Source: Candidatus Daviesbacteria bacterium
GTDB lineage: Bacteria; Patescibacteriota; Microgenomatia; Daviesbacterales; UBA10151
DNA length: 64,000 nt
Direction: 5' to 3'
Assembly: GCA_016176335.1 (NCBI GenBank)
Contig: JACOXI010000003.1
Span: 322,477-386,476 of the forward strand
In this document: piece by piece, positions 44,247-52,996 of the stretch
How the letters are laid out: each line of letters begins with the position of its first letter
Numbering within the stretch: the first letter of the stretch is position 1
Made by a program: the position numbers and the translations under genes
The notes under the pieces: generated by a model
What the model saw: the letters and a program-made list of their open reading frames with translations, nothing else
What the model was told of the DNA's origin: nothing
Databases searched by the model: none

Positions 44247-44690
44247 TCATTTAATCTCTTCTATTTTACCAACATCCATTAACCAACCTTCTTTAATGGC
44301 TTTTTGGGTTTCACCGAAAACTTTCACTTTTTTATCTTCATATTGAGACAAATCTACAACAGAGGAGGTAAGGGCAACAGGTACAGCTCCTTCCCGCGCA
44401 AGCAAATGTGTGCCTTCAACATACTCTGTCGGATTTTTAGGTTGCGGTCTGGCTTGAATTGTACCTTCCGCAAAATCCCTGAAAGTTCTGGTATCTTGTT
44501 GTGGAGCGGCAGGGGTTTTATTAGCACCCAACGGGGATATATTGGCTCCACTACCTTTGGAAGAAAGAATATAGCCTGTGACCGTACCCAATAAAATAGC
44601 AGCTACCGCCACTACAATCAGCATCCTGATAGGGCTCATGTTGGAAAAATGCTTGGTGATATTTTCATAAGGTGTGGTCTTTTCTTCCAT
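44247..44690 (-). CDS. hypothetical membrane-anchored protein
   Basis: 147 aa with a single TM helix (MLIVVAVAAILLGTVTGYIL) and a soluble C-terminal domain. Tightly coupled to ftsE. Confidence 0.4.
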   Translation of the reverse strand: MEEKTTPYENITKHFSNMSPIRMLIVVAVAAILLGTVTGYILSSKGSGANISPLGANKTPAAPQQDTRTFRDFAEGTIQARPQPKNPTEYVEGTHLLAREGAVPVALTSSVVDLSQYEDKKVKVFGETQKAIKEGWLMDVGKIEEIK

Positions 44691-44726
44691 TGTCTTTCTA
44701 TATTAACAATAAATTGAGTAATTTGT

Positions 44727-45803
44727 CTATCCTGTATTTTGAACTTTAGTTTCGGCTTCTATGAACTTATCCAAATCCCCATCCAATACTGCATTTGTAT
44801 CCGAGGTTTCAATTTCTGTCCGTAGATCCTTAACCATGTGGTATGGATGTAGAACATATGATCTAATTTGGGTACCCCAAGAAGCTTGAGTTGCAGTGCC
44901 TTTTAGTTGTTTAGTTAACTGCTCTTTTTCTCCCTGTTGTTTCTCCCAAAGTTTAGAAAGAAGTAATTTCATAGCACTTTCTCTATTCTGCAACTGCGAT
45001 CTTTCGGTCTGTGCCGTCACTGTAAGGCCGGATGGTTTATGCTTAACTCTGACTGCTGTTGAAACTTTGTTAACATTTTGGCCTCCTGCACCACCGGATC
45101 TAAAAGCATCAAATTCAATATCTTTCTCATCAACTGCTATTTCCGAAGATTCAATAACCGGTAAAACTTCAACCAAAGCAAAAGAAGTTTGTCTCAACTT
45201 ATCTGCATTGAAAGGTGACTGGCGAACTAATCTGTGTGTACCCCTCTCTCCTTTTAAATAGCCGTAAGCGTAGGGTTCGTGTACAATCATGGAAAAAGTT
45301 TTATATCCTGCTTCATCCCCCAGCATCTCATCTGTTATTTCAAATTTCCAATCCTTTTTTTCACAATACCTTTGGTACATCCGGGCTAACATTGCTGCCC
45401 AATCCATAGCTTCAACCCCGCCTGCCCCGGAGTGGACGGAGACAATCGCTTCTGACTCGTCGTGCGGGTTCGATAAAAATAATTTTAGCTCCAGTTTATC
45501 CAGGATTTCTTCAAGCTCCTTTGTTTCTTTCTTTAACTCCTCCTCCATTGATACTTCTTCCGAGATTTCCAGGGCATTACTGATTCTTGTCTCCAGACTT
45601 TCCAATGTGGATAGTGTTTTTTGCTTATCTGATAACTTCCTACTGACAGATGATGACTCCTTTTGATCATTCCAAAAATCTTCCTTCATGGTTTGAGCCT
45701 CAAGTTGCCTGATGTCCCCACGTAATTTATCCAGATCAGTTTGATCGGAAATTTTTTTAAATCTGTTTTGCAAATCTTTTACTTTCTTCTGAACTTCTTC
45801 CAT
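44727..45803 (-). CDS. prfB: peptide chain release factor 2
   Basis: SPF tripeptide (RQSPFNA) and GGQ motif (FRSGGAGGQNVNK). A single uninterrupted 358-aa ORF, with no programmed +1 frameshift site. Confidence 0.9.
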   Translation of the reverse strand: MEEVQKKVKDLQNRFKKISDQTDLDKLRGDIRQLEAQTMKEDFWNDQKESSSVSRKLSDKQKTLSTLESLETRISNALEISEEVSMEEELKKETKELEEILDKLELKLFLSNPHDESEAIVSVHSGAGGVEAMDWAAMLARMYQRYCEKKDWKFEITDEMLGDEAGYKTFSMIVHEPYAYGYLKGERGTHRLVRQSPFNADKLRQTSFALVEVLPVIESSEIAVDEKDIEFDAFRSGGAGGQNVNKVSTAVRVKHKPSGLTVTAQTERSQLQNRESAMKLLLSKLWEKQQGEKEQLTKQLKGTATQASWGTQIRSYVLHPYHMVKDLRTEIETSDTNAVLDGDLDKFIEAETKVQNTG

Positions 45804-45882
45804 AGGGGAAATTATATTATGAACGAGATGAATAATATAGTCCTATGGTTTATATCAGTTTTGAGGTAAAATCTGGGGTATT

Positions 45883-46197
45883 ATGATTTTGCATATTGAT
45901 ACCAGGGGCGGCTCTGCCGCTAAAGATCGTGAAGCAATAATTGTTTCTTTAAAGAAGGATGGGCAAGTTGTGAAAAGTTTATCGGAAAAAAATGAATACG
46001 GATCACAGGTGCTTTTGCCGCTGATTGAGAAGCTGCTGAAAAAAAGGATATGGAAACAGTTGGAAGGAATTGAGGTTGGGGTTGGACCAGGTTCTTTTAC
46101 GGGACTTCGAGTTGGAGTATCTGTTGCAAATGCTTTAGGTTTTTCTCTAGATATTCCGGTTAATGGGAAGAAAATAGAGACAGAACTTAAATATTAA
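45883..46197 (+). CDS. TsaB (YeaZ)-like protein, N-terminal domain only
   Basis: 104 aa. MILHIDTRGG ... LLPLIEKLL ... VGVGPGSFTGLRVGVSVANALGF matches the N-terminal half of TsaB. The C-terminal half is absent. Confidence 0.55.
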   Translation: MILHIDTRGGSAAKDREAIIVSLKKDGQVVKSLSEKNEYGSQVLLPLIEKLLKKRIWKQLEGIEVGVGPGSFTGLRVGVSVANALGFSLDIPVNGKKIETELKY

Positions 46198-46290
46198 TTC
46201 AGAATTCAGAATTTATAATTCAGAATTCTAAACTCTAAATTCAATTCTTAATTCTAAACTCTAGATTCTAAATTTTCTTCAGCTCATGTT
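46198..46290. repeat. AT-rich imperfect tandem repeats in a promoter region
   Basis: attcagaattcagaattt ... aattctaaactctaaattcaattcttaattctaaactctagattctaaatt. Units ttcagaa and aattctaaactcta recur 2-3 times. Directly upstream of the CAP-domain gene. Confidence 0.3.
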
Positions 46291-46301
46291 ATACTTTCTA
46301 T

Positions 46302-47186
46302 ATGCTCTGGCATAAAATTCATCATTGGTTTATCCCGCATAAAGACACCCACAAAAAAGCCCATCTTCTTTCTTGGGAAGGCTTAGTCATCTATATTATG
46401 ATTTTTATCCTTTTGCAGGTGGGTTTTTCCATAGTAGGGTATACAAAACCTGGAATTTTAGGTATTACCTCAAGCATTGACCAAAAAATGTTGATTGAAC
46501 TAACCAACAAAGAAAGAGAGAGATTGGGACTTGTTCCTGTGACGGAAAATGAAGCTTTGGATAAGGCAGCTTCGGCTAAAGCCCAAAATATGTTTTCCGA
46601 AAATTACTGGGCTCACTTTGCCCCCTCCGGCAAAACCCCCTGGGATTTTATTCTGGGATCAGGGTATAAGTTTACTTTTGCCGGGGAAAATCTGGCCAAA
46701 AATTTTTATGATTCCGCAGGGGTGGTAACTGCTTGGATGGCATCTAAAACACACAGAGAAAATCTGCTAAATGCCAGATATCAAGATATTGGGATTGCGG
46801 TAGCGGAAGGCGTCTTAAATGGTCAAAAAACAACACTTGTGGTGCAAATGTTTGGCACAACCGGCGCTATCGGTCCGGCTCCGATTGTTGACATTGGCGG
46901 ACAAAGAATTGAAATTTCAAAACAAGAATATCTTGAAAAACCGCAACTGGTTGCTGCTGTTTCGGAAGGGCGTCCACAGATAAAACCTTTGTTTGATCCA
47001 TATTTTGCAACTAAAACCTTGGGGTTTTTCCTAATTACTCTTATGGGAGGACTGCTTTTAGTTGACATATTTGTTCTGTACAGAAGAGGAATATTTAGGA
47101 TAAGCTCGCACTATATTGCTCACATGTCAATTCTTTCAATTGCATCCGCAGGATTAATTTTCGCAAATCCGGGGAGTATATTGTAA
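46302..47186 (+). CDS. CAP/SCP (YkwD-like) domain protein with TM helices at both ends
   Basis: LTNKERERLGL ... NYWAHF ... GENLAKNFY ... THRENLLNARYQDIGIAV matches the CAP superfamily. N- and C-terminal hydrophobic helices are present. Confidence 0.65.
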   Translation: MLWHKIHHWFIPHKDTHKKAHLLSWEGLVIYIMIFILLQVGFSIVGYTKPGILGITSSIDQKMLIELTNKERERLGLVPVTENEALDKAASAKAQNMFSENYWAHFAPSGKTPWDFILGSGYKFTFAGENLAKNFYDSAGVVTAWMASKTHRENLLNARYQDIGIAVAEGVLNGQKTTLVVQMFGTTGAIGPAPIVDIGGQRIEISKQEYLEKPQLVAAVSEGRPQIKPLFDPYFATKTLGFFLITLMGGLLLVDIFVLYRRGIFRISSHYIAHMSILSIASAGLIFANPGSIL

Positions 47187-47261
47187 GGACCTGCTTCGCT
47201 CGCAGTATGCAAAATTTTACTGCTCGCTTGCAGAACCTTGCCTTTTTAGTAAACTAAAAAC

Positions 47262-47519
47262 GTGAAACTAAGAAAACAAAAATTAATCAATAATATCTTT
47301 TTTGTAGTATTAACTCTGGCGTCAATTTATTTGATTTTCAAAAACAGAAATTCTACCAACCTATCTTTATCTATAATGCTTGGAGCTGCCAGTATTTATC
47401 TTGCCTGGGCGTTAATTTATCATAAGATTGACAAAAGTTTGACATTACCCATTTTTTTGGAGTATCTTTTAACTGCTGTTTTGGTTTTGATATTACTTTT
47501 GGGAGTTTTATATAATTAA
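47262..47519 (+). CDS. small membrane protein (3 predicted TM)
   Basis: 85-aa hydrophobic ORF directly upstream of the rml genes. No motif. Confidence 0.35.
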   Translation: MKLRKQKLINNIFFVVLTLASIYLIFKNRNSTNLSLSIMLGAASIYLAWALIYHKIDKSLTLPIFLEYLLTAVLVLILLLGVLYN

Positions 47520-47522
47520 ATA

Positions 47523-48245
47523 ATGAAAGGCATCATATTGGCAGGAGGGTTAGGGACCCGTCTTTACCCTCTGACTAAAGTAACCAATAAACATTTATTA
47601 CCGGTTTACAACAAGCCGATGATTTTTTACCCCATTGATACCCTTGTCAAGGCGGGTATTACCGATATTTTGGTGGTGACCGGTGGCCCTCATTGTGGTG
47701 ACTTTATGTCAATTTTAAAGAATGGTCAGCAGTTGGGTATTAAACATTTGGAATATGCATATCAGGAAGATGAAGGGGGGATAGCCCATGCCTTATCTTT
47801 GGGGGAAAATTTTGCTGAAGGAGATAGTATTACGGTTATCCTGGGTGATAACACTTCTGATTCGGATATTTCCGAGTCTGTGGCAAACTTTAAAGAAGGA
47901 GCGTTAATATATCTTAAGAAAGTTCCCGACCCCCAGCGTTTCGGTATTGCCACCTTTGACCCAAAAGATGGGTCAAAAATAATTAAGATCACAGAAAAAC
48001 CCCACAAAGCGGATTCTGATATGGCGGTAACAGGAGTTTACATCTATGATAATCAGGTTTTTGATTTTATTAGACAAATAAAACCTTCGGGCAGAGGAGA
48101 GTTGGAAATCACTGATGTTAATAATAAATATATAGAAAAAGGACAATTAAATTGGAGTGAGCTCAAGGGCTATTGGTGGGATGCCGGAACCTTTGATACC
48201 CTGCTTGAGGCCAATAATTATTGGGCCAAGAAAGCAAAAGGATAA
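47523..48245 (+). CDS. rmlA: sugar-1-phosphate nucleotidyltransferase (RmlA-like, short form)
   Basis: MKGIILAGGLGTRLYPLTKVTNKHLLPVYNKPMIFYPI matches the G1P thymidylyltransferase N-terminal signature. At 240 aa it is shorter than canonical RmlA. Confidence 0.75.
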   Translation: MKGIILAGGLGTRLYPLTKVTNKHLLPVYNKPMIFYPIDTLVKAGITDILVVTGGPHCGDFMSILKNGQQLGIKHLEYAYQEDEGGIAHALSLGENFAEGDSITVILGDNTSDSDISESVANFKEGALIYLKKVPDPQRFGIATFDPKDGSKIIKITEKPHKADSDMAVTGVYIYDNQVFDFIRQIKPSGRGELEITDVNNKYIEKGQLNWSELKGYWWDAGTFDTLLEANNYWAKKAKG

Positions 48246-48251
48246 TAAACA

Positions 48252-48287
48252 ATGAAGGTTTTAGTGACAGGAGGCGCGGGTTTTTAG
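48252..48287 (+). pseudogene. remnant 5' fragment of a dTDP-glucose 4,6-dehydratase gene
   Basis: atgaaggttttagtgacaggaggcgcgggttttTAG encodes MKVLVTGGAGF followed by a stop. It duplicates the first 11 codons of the intact rmlB (MRILVTGGAGF) that begins 36 nt downstream. Confidence 0.5.
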
Positions 48288-48322
48288 AGCGTTAGCTCGC
48301 AAAACCGGCCAGCAAGAAACAC

Positions 48323-49327
48323 ATGCGTATTTTAGTGACCGGAGGAGCAGGTTTTATTGGATCTAACCTTATCCATTATTGGTTAAAAAATCATCCGGAT
48401 GATCAAGTTGTCAATCTTGATGCTTTAACTTACGCTGGACATCTGGAAAGTTTAACAGATGTCGAAAATAACCCCAATTATAAATTTATCAAAGGAGATA
48501 TTACGGATCAGAAAATAGTTTCGGATGCCATGAATGGTGTGGATATTGTTATACATTTTGCGGCGGAGTCTCACGTTGACAGATCGATAATTGATCCTTT
48601 GCAGTTTGTCAAAACCAATATTTTGGGAACGGCTGTTTTATTGAATGCGGCAGTGGAAACAGAGGTTAAAAGGTTTCATCATATCTCAACAGATGAGGTG
48701 TATGGAGAGCTTGGCCCAAATGATCCGCCATTTGGTGAGAAAAATGCTTATGCTCCCAGGACCCCTTATGCCGCATCAAAGGCAGGTTCGGATCATTTGG
48801 TACGTGCATATCATCAAACTTACGGTTTACCAGTAACCATTAGTAATTGCGCCAATAACTTTGGTTCTTACCATGATCCGGAGAAATTGATCCCGCGCTT
48901 TATTACCAATCTTTTGGAGGGTAAAAGAGTGCCATTGATGGGTAAAGGAGAAAATATCAGAGAATGGTTGCACGTTTTAGATCATGCTGCGGCCATTGAT
49001 TTGGTATTAAAAAAGGGTGAGATTGGTGAGACTTATCTTATTCAAGGTGAGGAAAAAACCAATTTGGAAATAACACAAATGATACTTAAGATTTTGGGGC
49101 TTGGTGAGGATATGATTGAGTTTGTTGAGCATAGGTTAGGGCATGATTTCCGTTATGCAATTGACGGATCAAAACTTAAATCTTTGGGGTGGGAAAGAAA
49201 ACACAGTCTGGAAGAAGATTTACCTATTGTTGTTTCTTGGTATAAAGAAAATGAATGGTGGTGGAAACCCCTAAAAGGTAATCGGCCAAATGTAGACAGA
49301 GTTGCCCAAAAATCATACAATCAATGA
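48323..49327 (+). CDS. rmlB: dTDP-glucose 4,6-dehydratase
   Basis: MRILVTGGAGFIGSNLIHYW, catalytic YAASKAGSD (YxxxK), and RmlB-typical length of 334 aa. Confidence 0.9.
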   Translation: MRILVTGGAGFIGSNLIHYWLKNHPDDQVVNLDALTYAGHLESLTDVENNPNYKFIKGDITDQKIVSDAMNGVDIVIHFAAESHVDRSIIDPLQFVKTNILGTAVLLNAAVETEVKRFHHISTDEVYGELGPNDPPFGEKNAYAPRTPYAASKAGSDHLVRAYHQTYGLPVTISNCANNFGSYHDPEKLIPRFITNLLEGKRVPLMGKGENIREWLHVLDHAAAIDLVLKKGEIGETYLIQGEEKTNLEITQMILKILGLGEDMIEFVEHRLGHDFRYAIDGSKLKSLGWERKHSLEEDLPIVVSWYKENEWWWKPLKGNRPNVDRVAQKSYNQ

Positions 49328-49330
49328 AGA

Positions 49331-49879
49331 ATGAGTGATTTTGTGAAGACTACTTCCATCCCCGGGGTGTTAAAACTTGAGAGACCTACTCATCAAGATG
49401 AGCGCGGATTTTTCAGAGAAATTTTCCATTTAGATGAGTTGGAGCAAGTTTTGGGCTGGCAGTTTAAGCCGGTTCAATGGAATCACTCCAGATCAAAACC
49501 AAAAGTTTTGCGGGGTCAGCATGCGGAAAACTGGAATAAGTTAATTTATCCGGTAACGGGGGAGGTATTTGCTTCTGTTTTGGATATCAGGTCAGATTCG
49601 GCAACTTTCGGAAAAGTTGAAACTTTTCAATTTGACGGTACAAATAGATTTGCGCTTTTTGTACCCAAAGGGATGGCAAACTCTTTTTGTGTAACAGGAG
49701 ATGAGGATGTAAATTATTTGTATTTGGTAGATAGCTACTATGATGGTTCTGATACAACCGCAATTGCCTGGAATGATCCTGATATAAAGATTGTATGGCC
49801 AATAAATGATCCGATAATTTCTGAAAGAGATAAAAATAATCCTAAGCTGCGTGATCTATTTCCCGAAAAATTTAAATGA
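49331..49879 (+). CDS. rmlC: dTDP-4-dehydrorhamnose 3,5-epimerase
   Basis: Cupin fold protein with IPGVLKLERPTHQDERGFFREIF and WNDPDI motifs. 182 aa. Confidence 0.85.
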   Translation: MSDFVKTTSIPGVLKLERPTHQDERGFFREIFHLDELEQVLGWQFKPVQWNHSRSKPKVLRGQHAENWNKLIYPVTGEVFASVLDIRSDSATFGKVETFQFDGTNRFALFVPKGMANSFCVTGDEDVNYLYLVDSYYDGSDTTAIAWNDPDIKIVWPINDPIISERDKNNPKLRDLFPEKFK

Positions 49880-50751
49880 AGAAACTATTAATTTTTGGCG
49901 GTAGCGGCTTGGTTGGCTCCAAATTTATAGAAAGCCACAACCAAACTTTTGAAATTAACGCCCCTCCCGCCAAAGAAGTAGATATTTTAAACAAAAATCA
50001 AATCTTAAAAGCGTTGGAGGATTTAAATCCCGACTCGGTTATAAATTTTGCAGCTTATACAAATGTTGAGCAAGCAGAAGAACAAACAGAAGATAAAGCG
50101 GGTGTTTGTTTTCAAATAAATGCAATGGGCGCAAAAAATGTAGCAGATGCTTGTCGCATTTTGGATAAACATCTACTCCATATTTCTACAGAATATGTGT
50201 TTGATGGAACAAAAGCGGAGAGGCCTTATGTAGAAGAGGATAAGCCAAACCCTATAAATTGGTATGGACACACAAAGTATTTTGGGGAGCAATTTGTTTT
50301 AGGAAGTGGATGCAAATCGTCAATTGTCAGAATTTCTATGCCTTACTCTGCATATTATGAATTTAAAAAAGATGTTGCCAGATTTTTTCTTGAGCAACTT
50401 AAATTAAAAAATCCGATTAGAGCAGTGGTAGATCAATTAATAACTCCTACACTGGTTGATGATATAGCAGACGCATTGTCAGAAATTGTCAAAAAAAGAC
50501 TTGAGGGAGTTATTAATGTATCATGTAAAAGTTCAACCACGCCATTTGATTTTGCAAAAACAATTGCGAAAGTGTTTGGTTTGAATGAATCTTTAGTCAA
50601 TAGCATCAGTCTGACGGATTATAACTTAAATAAAAAAGCCAAGATGTTGAAAAATTCAGCCCTCGATCCTTCCAAGTTTGATTCCCTTTTCCCTGGCGTT
50701 TTGCATACTTTGGATGAAAGTGTAAATTTATTCAAGGTAGTTGTTGAATAA
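49876..50751 (+). CDS. rmlD: dTDP-4-dehydrorhamnose reductase
   Basis: MKKLLIFGGSGLVGSKF Rossmann motif and RmlD substrate-binding domain architecture. Start overlaps the rmlC stop. Confidence 0.8.
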   Translation: MKKLLIFGGSGLVGSKFIESHNQTFEINAPPAKEVDILNKNQILKALEDLNPDSVINFAAYTNVEQAEEQTEDKAGVCFQINAMGAKNVADACRILDKHLLHISTEYVFDGTKAERPYVEEDKPNPINWYGHTKYFGEQFVLGSGCKSSIVRISMPYSAYYEFKKDVARFFLEQLKLKNPIRAVVDQLITPTLVDDIADALSEIVKKRLEGVINVSCKSSTTPFDFAKTIAKVFGLNESLVNSISLTDYNLNKKAKMLKNSALDPSKFDSLFPGVLHTLDESVNLFKVVVE

Positions 50752-50779
50752 CTTTAGAAAATCCGATATAGTTACGATT

Positions 50780-51793
50780 ATGGCAGGTAAAAAAGCTTTC
50801 ATCACAGGAATCTCCGGACAAGACGGATCATATTTAACGGAATTTTTATTGGATAAGGGCTACGAGGTGGCAGGGTTGGTCAGAAGAAATGCTTTGGCGG
50901 AATTGGGTAATATTGAGAAATTTAAAGAGGAGGTTAGAATTTACTTCGGGGATTTGCAATTTCCCGAGTCCATTGTATTGGCCTTGTATGATTTTAAACC
51001 TGACGAAATTTATAATTTGGCATCTCTTTCTTCTCCCCTTTCGTCTTTTTCAGACAAATTCGCATCAATAATGGTGACCGGAGTTGGGGCTTTGCATGTA
51101 TTTGAGAGAGCCAAACAGATTGTACCGGATGCAAAAATTTATCAGGCTTCAACCTCCGAAATGTTTGGAGCGCCAAAACAGGTTCCCCAAAATGAAGATA
51201 CCCCGCTTTCTCCCGCAAACCCATACGCGGCAGCCAAAGAGTATGCTCACAGGATGGCTGTAATTGCGAGGCAAGACAAAAATCAGCCGCAATTTATTGC
51301 CTGCGGAATTCTGTTTAATCATGAGAGCCCGCGTCGCGGATTAAATTTTGTGACCAGGAAAATTTCTGCCGCGGTTGCCTGTATTAAAAACGGCAGAAAG
51401 GAAGGGATCCCGTTAAATGAAATGGGTGAACCGATTGTTAAAAACGGCAAATTAAAATTGGGGGATTTGAATGCAAAAAGAGACTGGGGGTATGCACCGG
51501 ATTATATCGAGGCAATGTATAAGATCATGCAACAAAAGATTGCTGATGATTTTGTAGTAGCGACAGGTGAGGTACACACTGTCGAGGATTTTGCCAAAGA
51601 GGCTTTTGAGGTTGTGGATTTAAATTATAACGATTATGTTGAGACAGATCCTCACTTTGTCCCGCCTATTCAAACAGGTCCTTTACACGGTGATGCGAGC
51701 AAAGCCAAAAAAGTTTTAGGTTGGGAACCAAAAACAAAATTTTCAGATCTTGTCAGAATAATGGTTCACGCTGATCTTGCTAAATTTTCCTGA
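50780..51793 (+). CDS. gmd: GDP-mannose 4,6-dehydratase
   Basis: MAGKKAFITGISGQDGSYLTEFLLDKGYEV and LFNHESPRRG are Gmd hallmarks. Start taken at MAGKK rather than the in-frame ATG at 50741. Confidence 0.85.
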   Translation: MAGKKAFITGISGQDGSYLTEFLLDKGYEVAGLVRRNALAELGNIEKFKEEVRIYFGDLQFPESIVLALYDFKPDEIYNLASLSSPLSSFSDKFASIMVTGVGALHVFERAKQIVPDAKIYQASTSEMFGAPKQVPQNEDTPLSPANPYAAAKEYAHRMAVIARQDKNQPQFIACGILFNHESPRRGLNFVTRKISAAVACIKNGRKEGIPLNEMGEPIVKNGKLKLGDLNAKRDWGYAPDYIEAMYKIMQQKIADDFVVATGEVHTVEDFAKEAFEVVDLNYNDYVETDPHFVPPIQTGPLHGDASKAKKVLGWEPKTKFSDLVRIMVHADLAKFS

Positions 51794-51811
51794 TTTCCCT
51801 ACAATCACAGC

Positions 51812-52996
51812 ATGCGCAAAGTTTCGGTAGTACTTCCCACTTTTAACGAAAAAGCAAATATAGAAAAAACTGTGGAAAAAGTTTTTGAACAGGAAAAAAA
51901 CTTACCAGATTGGGAAATCCACATTGTGATTGCGGATGACATACGTTCTTCCGACGGAACGGAAGAAATTGCCAAAAAACTTGCAAGAAAAAATCAAAAA
52001 ATACACTTTATAAAAGTTGACCCGGGCCTTGGAGTAGGACTTATTAAAGGTCATCAATTTGCAATAGAAAAAATCAAGCCTGATATTTTGGCACAACTTG
52101 ATGCGGACGGACAGGTTGTTCCGGATGTTTTGGTGAAACTGGTTACTACCATTCAGGAAGGATATAATTTGGTAATTGGATCCAGGTTTGTTACGGGAGG
52201 GAAAAATCAATTATCGCTGGCAAGAAAAATTTTTACATCAGGGGCATCCCTTTTTTGCAGAATGGTGATAGGACCCTCCGACATTAAAGAATTTACAAAT
52301 TCTGCCAGGGCTTTTACACCAGCTCTTTTTGAGAAAATAAATTTAAACAGACTGCCCTGGAGAGAAAGGACTTTTATTGTCCAGCCCGCCTTTTTGCATG
52401 AGGCAATTTTGGCAGGAGCAAAATATAAAGAAGTACCCTTAATTTTTAAAAATCGCTTAGAGGGTTACTCCAAAAATAAAGTCTTCAATTATACTTATGA
52501 CATTATTACTTATGGCATTGATGTAAAACTTCGAAGTCTGGGATTTCATGTCAGGTTTTTTTATTTTTCCCGCAGGGTCAAAACTTTGGTCAAATTTTCT
52601 TTGGTTGGATTTGTAGGAACAGTGGTAGATTTCTTCTTCTACAAAATGTTCATTAACGCTTTAGGTTTACCTCCCGCCACCTCAAAGGGAATCTCAACAG
52701 AAATTGCCATTATTAATAATTTTATTTTAAATAATTATTGGACATTCAGGTATAGAAAGACTAAAACCAGAATTTGGCAAAAGCTGGGAATTTTTAACCT
52801 GGTCTCATTAGGAGGATTGGTGATAGGAGTTTTAATAGTTAAGTATTTACATTTAACATTTGGGGATGGATTTATAAATGTTTTTGGTAGGCCAGTTGCC
52901 TACAACAATTTTTACTTTTTTGCCACTATTCCCCCTGTTATGCTTTGGAATTTTATCGTTAACCACTTCGTAACATGGCGTCACCAGGAAGATTAG
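51812..52996 (+). CDS. GT2 polyprenol-phosphate glycosyltransferase fused to a C-terminal GtrA-like membrane domain
   Basis: N-terminal VSVVLPTFNEKANI ... HIVIADD ... DADGQ (GT2, DPM1/GtrB-like). C-terminal 4-TM region FSLVGFVGTVVDFFFYKMF ... NNYWTFRY (GtrA family signature). Confidence 0.75.
   Translation: MRKVSVVLPTFNEKANIEKTVEKVFEQEKNLPDWEIHIVIADDIRSSDGTEEIAKKLARKNQKIHFIKVDPGLGVGLIKGHQFAIEKIKPDILAQLDADGQVVPDVLVKLVTTIQEGYNLVIGSRFVTGGKNQLSLARKIFTSGASLFCRMVIGPSDIKEFTNSARAFTPALFEKINLNRLPWRERTFIVQPAFLHEAILAGAKYKEVPLIFKNRLEGYSKNKVFNYTYDIITYGIDVKLRSLGFHVRFFYFSRRVKTLVKFSLVGFVGTVVDFFFYKMFINALGLPPATSKGISTEIAIINNFILNNYWTFRYRKTKTRIWQKLGIFNLVSLGGLVIGVLIVKYLHLTFGDGFINVFGRPVAYNNFYFFATIPPVMLWNFIVNHFVTWRHQED

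Noticed and set aside
43663-44346. 227-aa ORF on the + strand antisense to ftsE, and the many other 60-160-aa ORFs antisense to long genes (for example 931-1125, 2015-2224, 9399-9836, 10666-11145, 13313-13618, 45289-45666)
   Set aside because: Each lies entirely inside a well-supported gene with clear family motifs on the other strand. The translations are low-complexity with no motifs. They are typical shadow ORFs.
44727-45803. Programmed +1 frameshift site in prfB
   Set aside because: The RF2 gene is a single uninterrupted ORF with SPF and GGQ motifs. No in-frame TGA with a CTT TGA C context was seen near codon 25.
47187-47261. GC-rich intergenic patch with a short hairpin gcagta-(10 nt)-tactgc, considered as terminator or ncRNA
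   Set aside because: The stem is only 6 bp with no T-run. Signal is insufficient. It is only noted as sharing gctcgc motifs with the spacer at 48288-48322.
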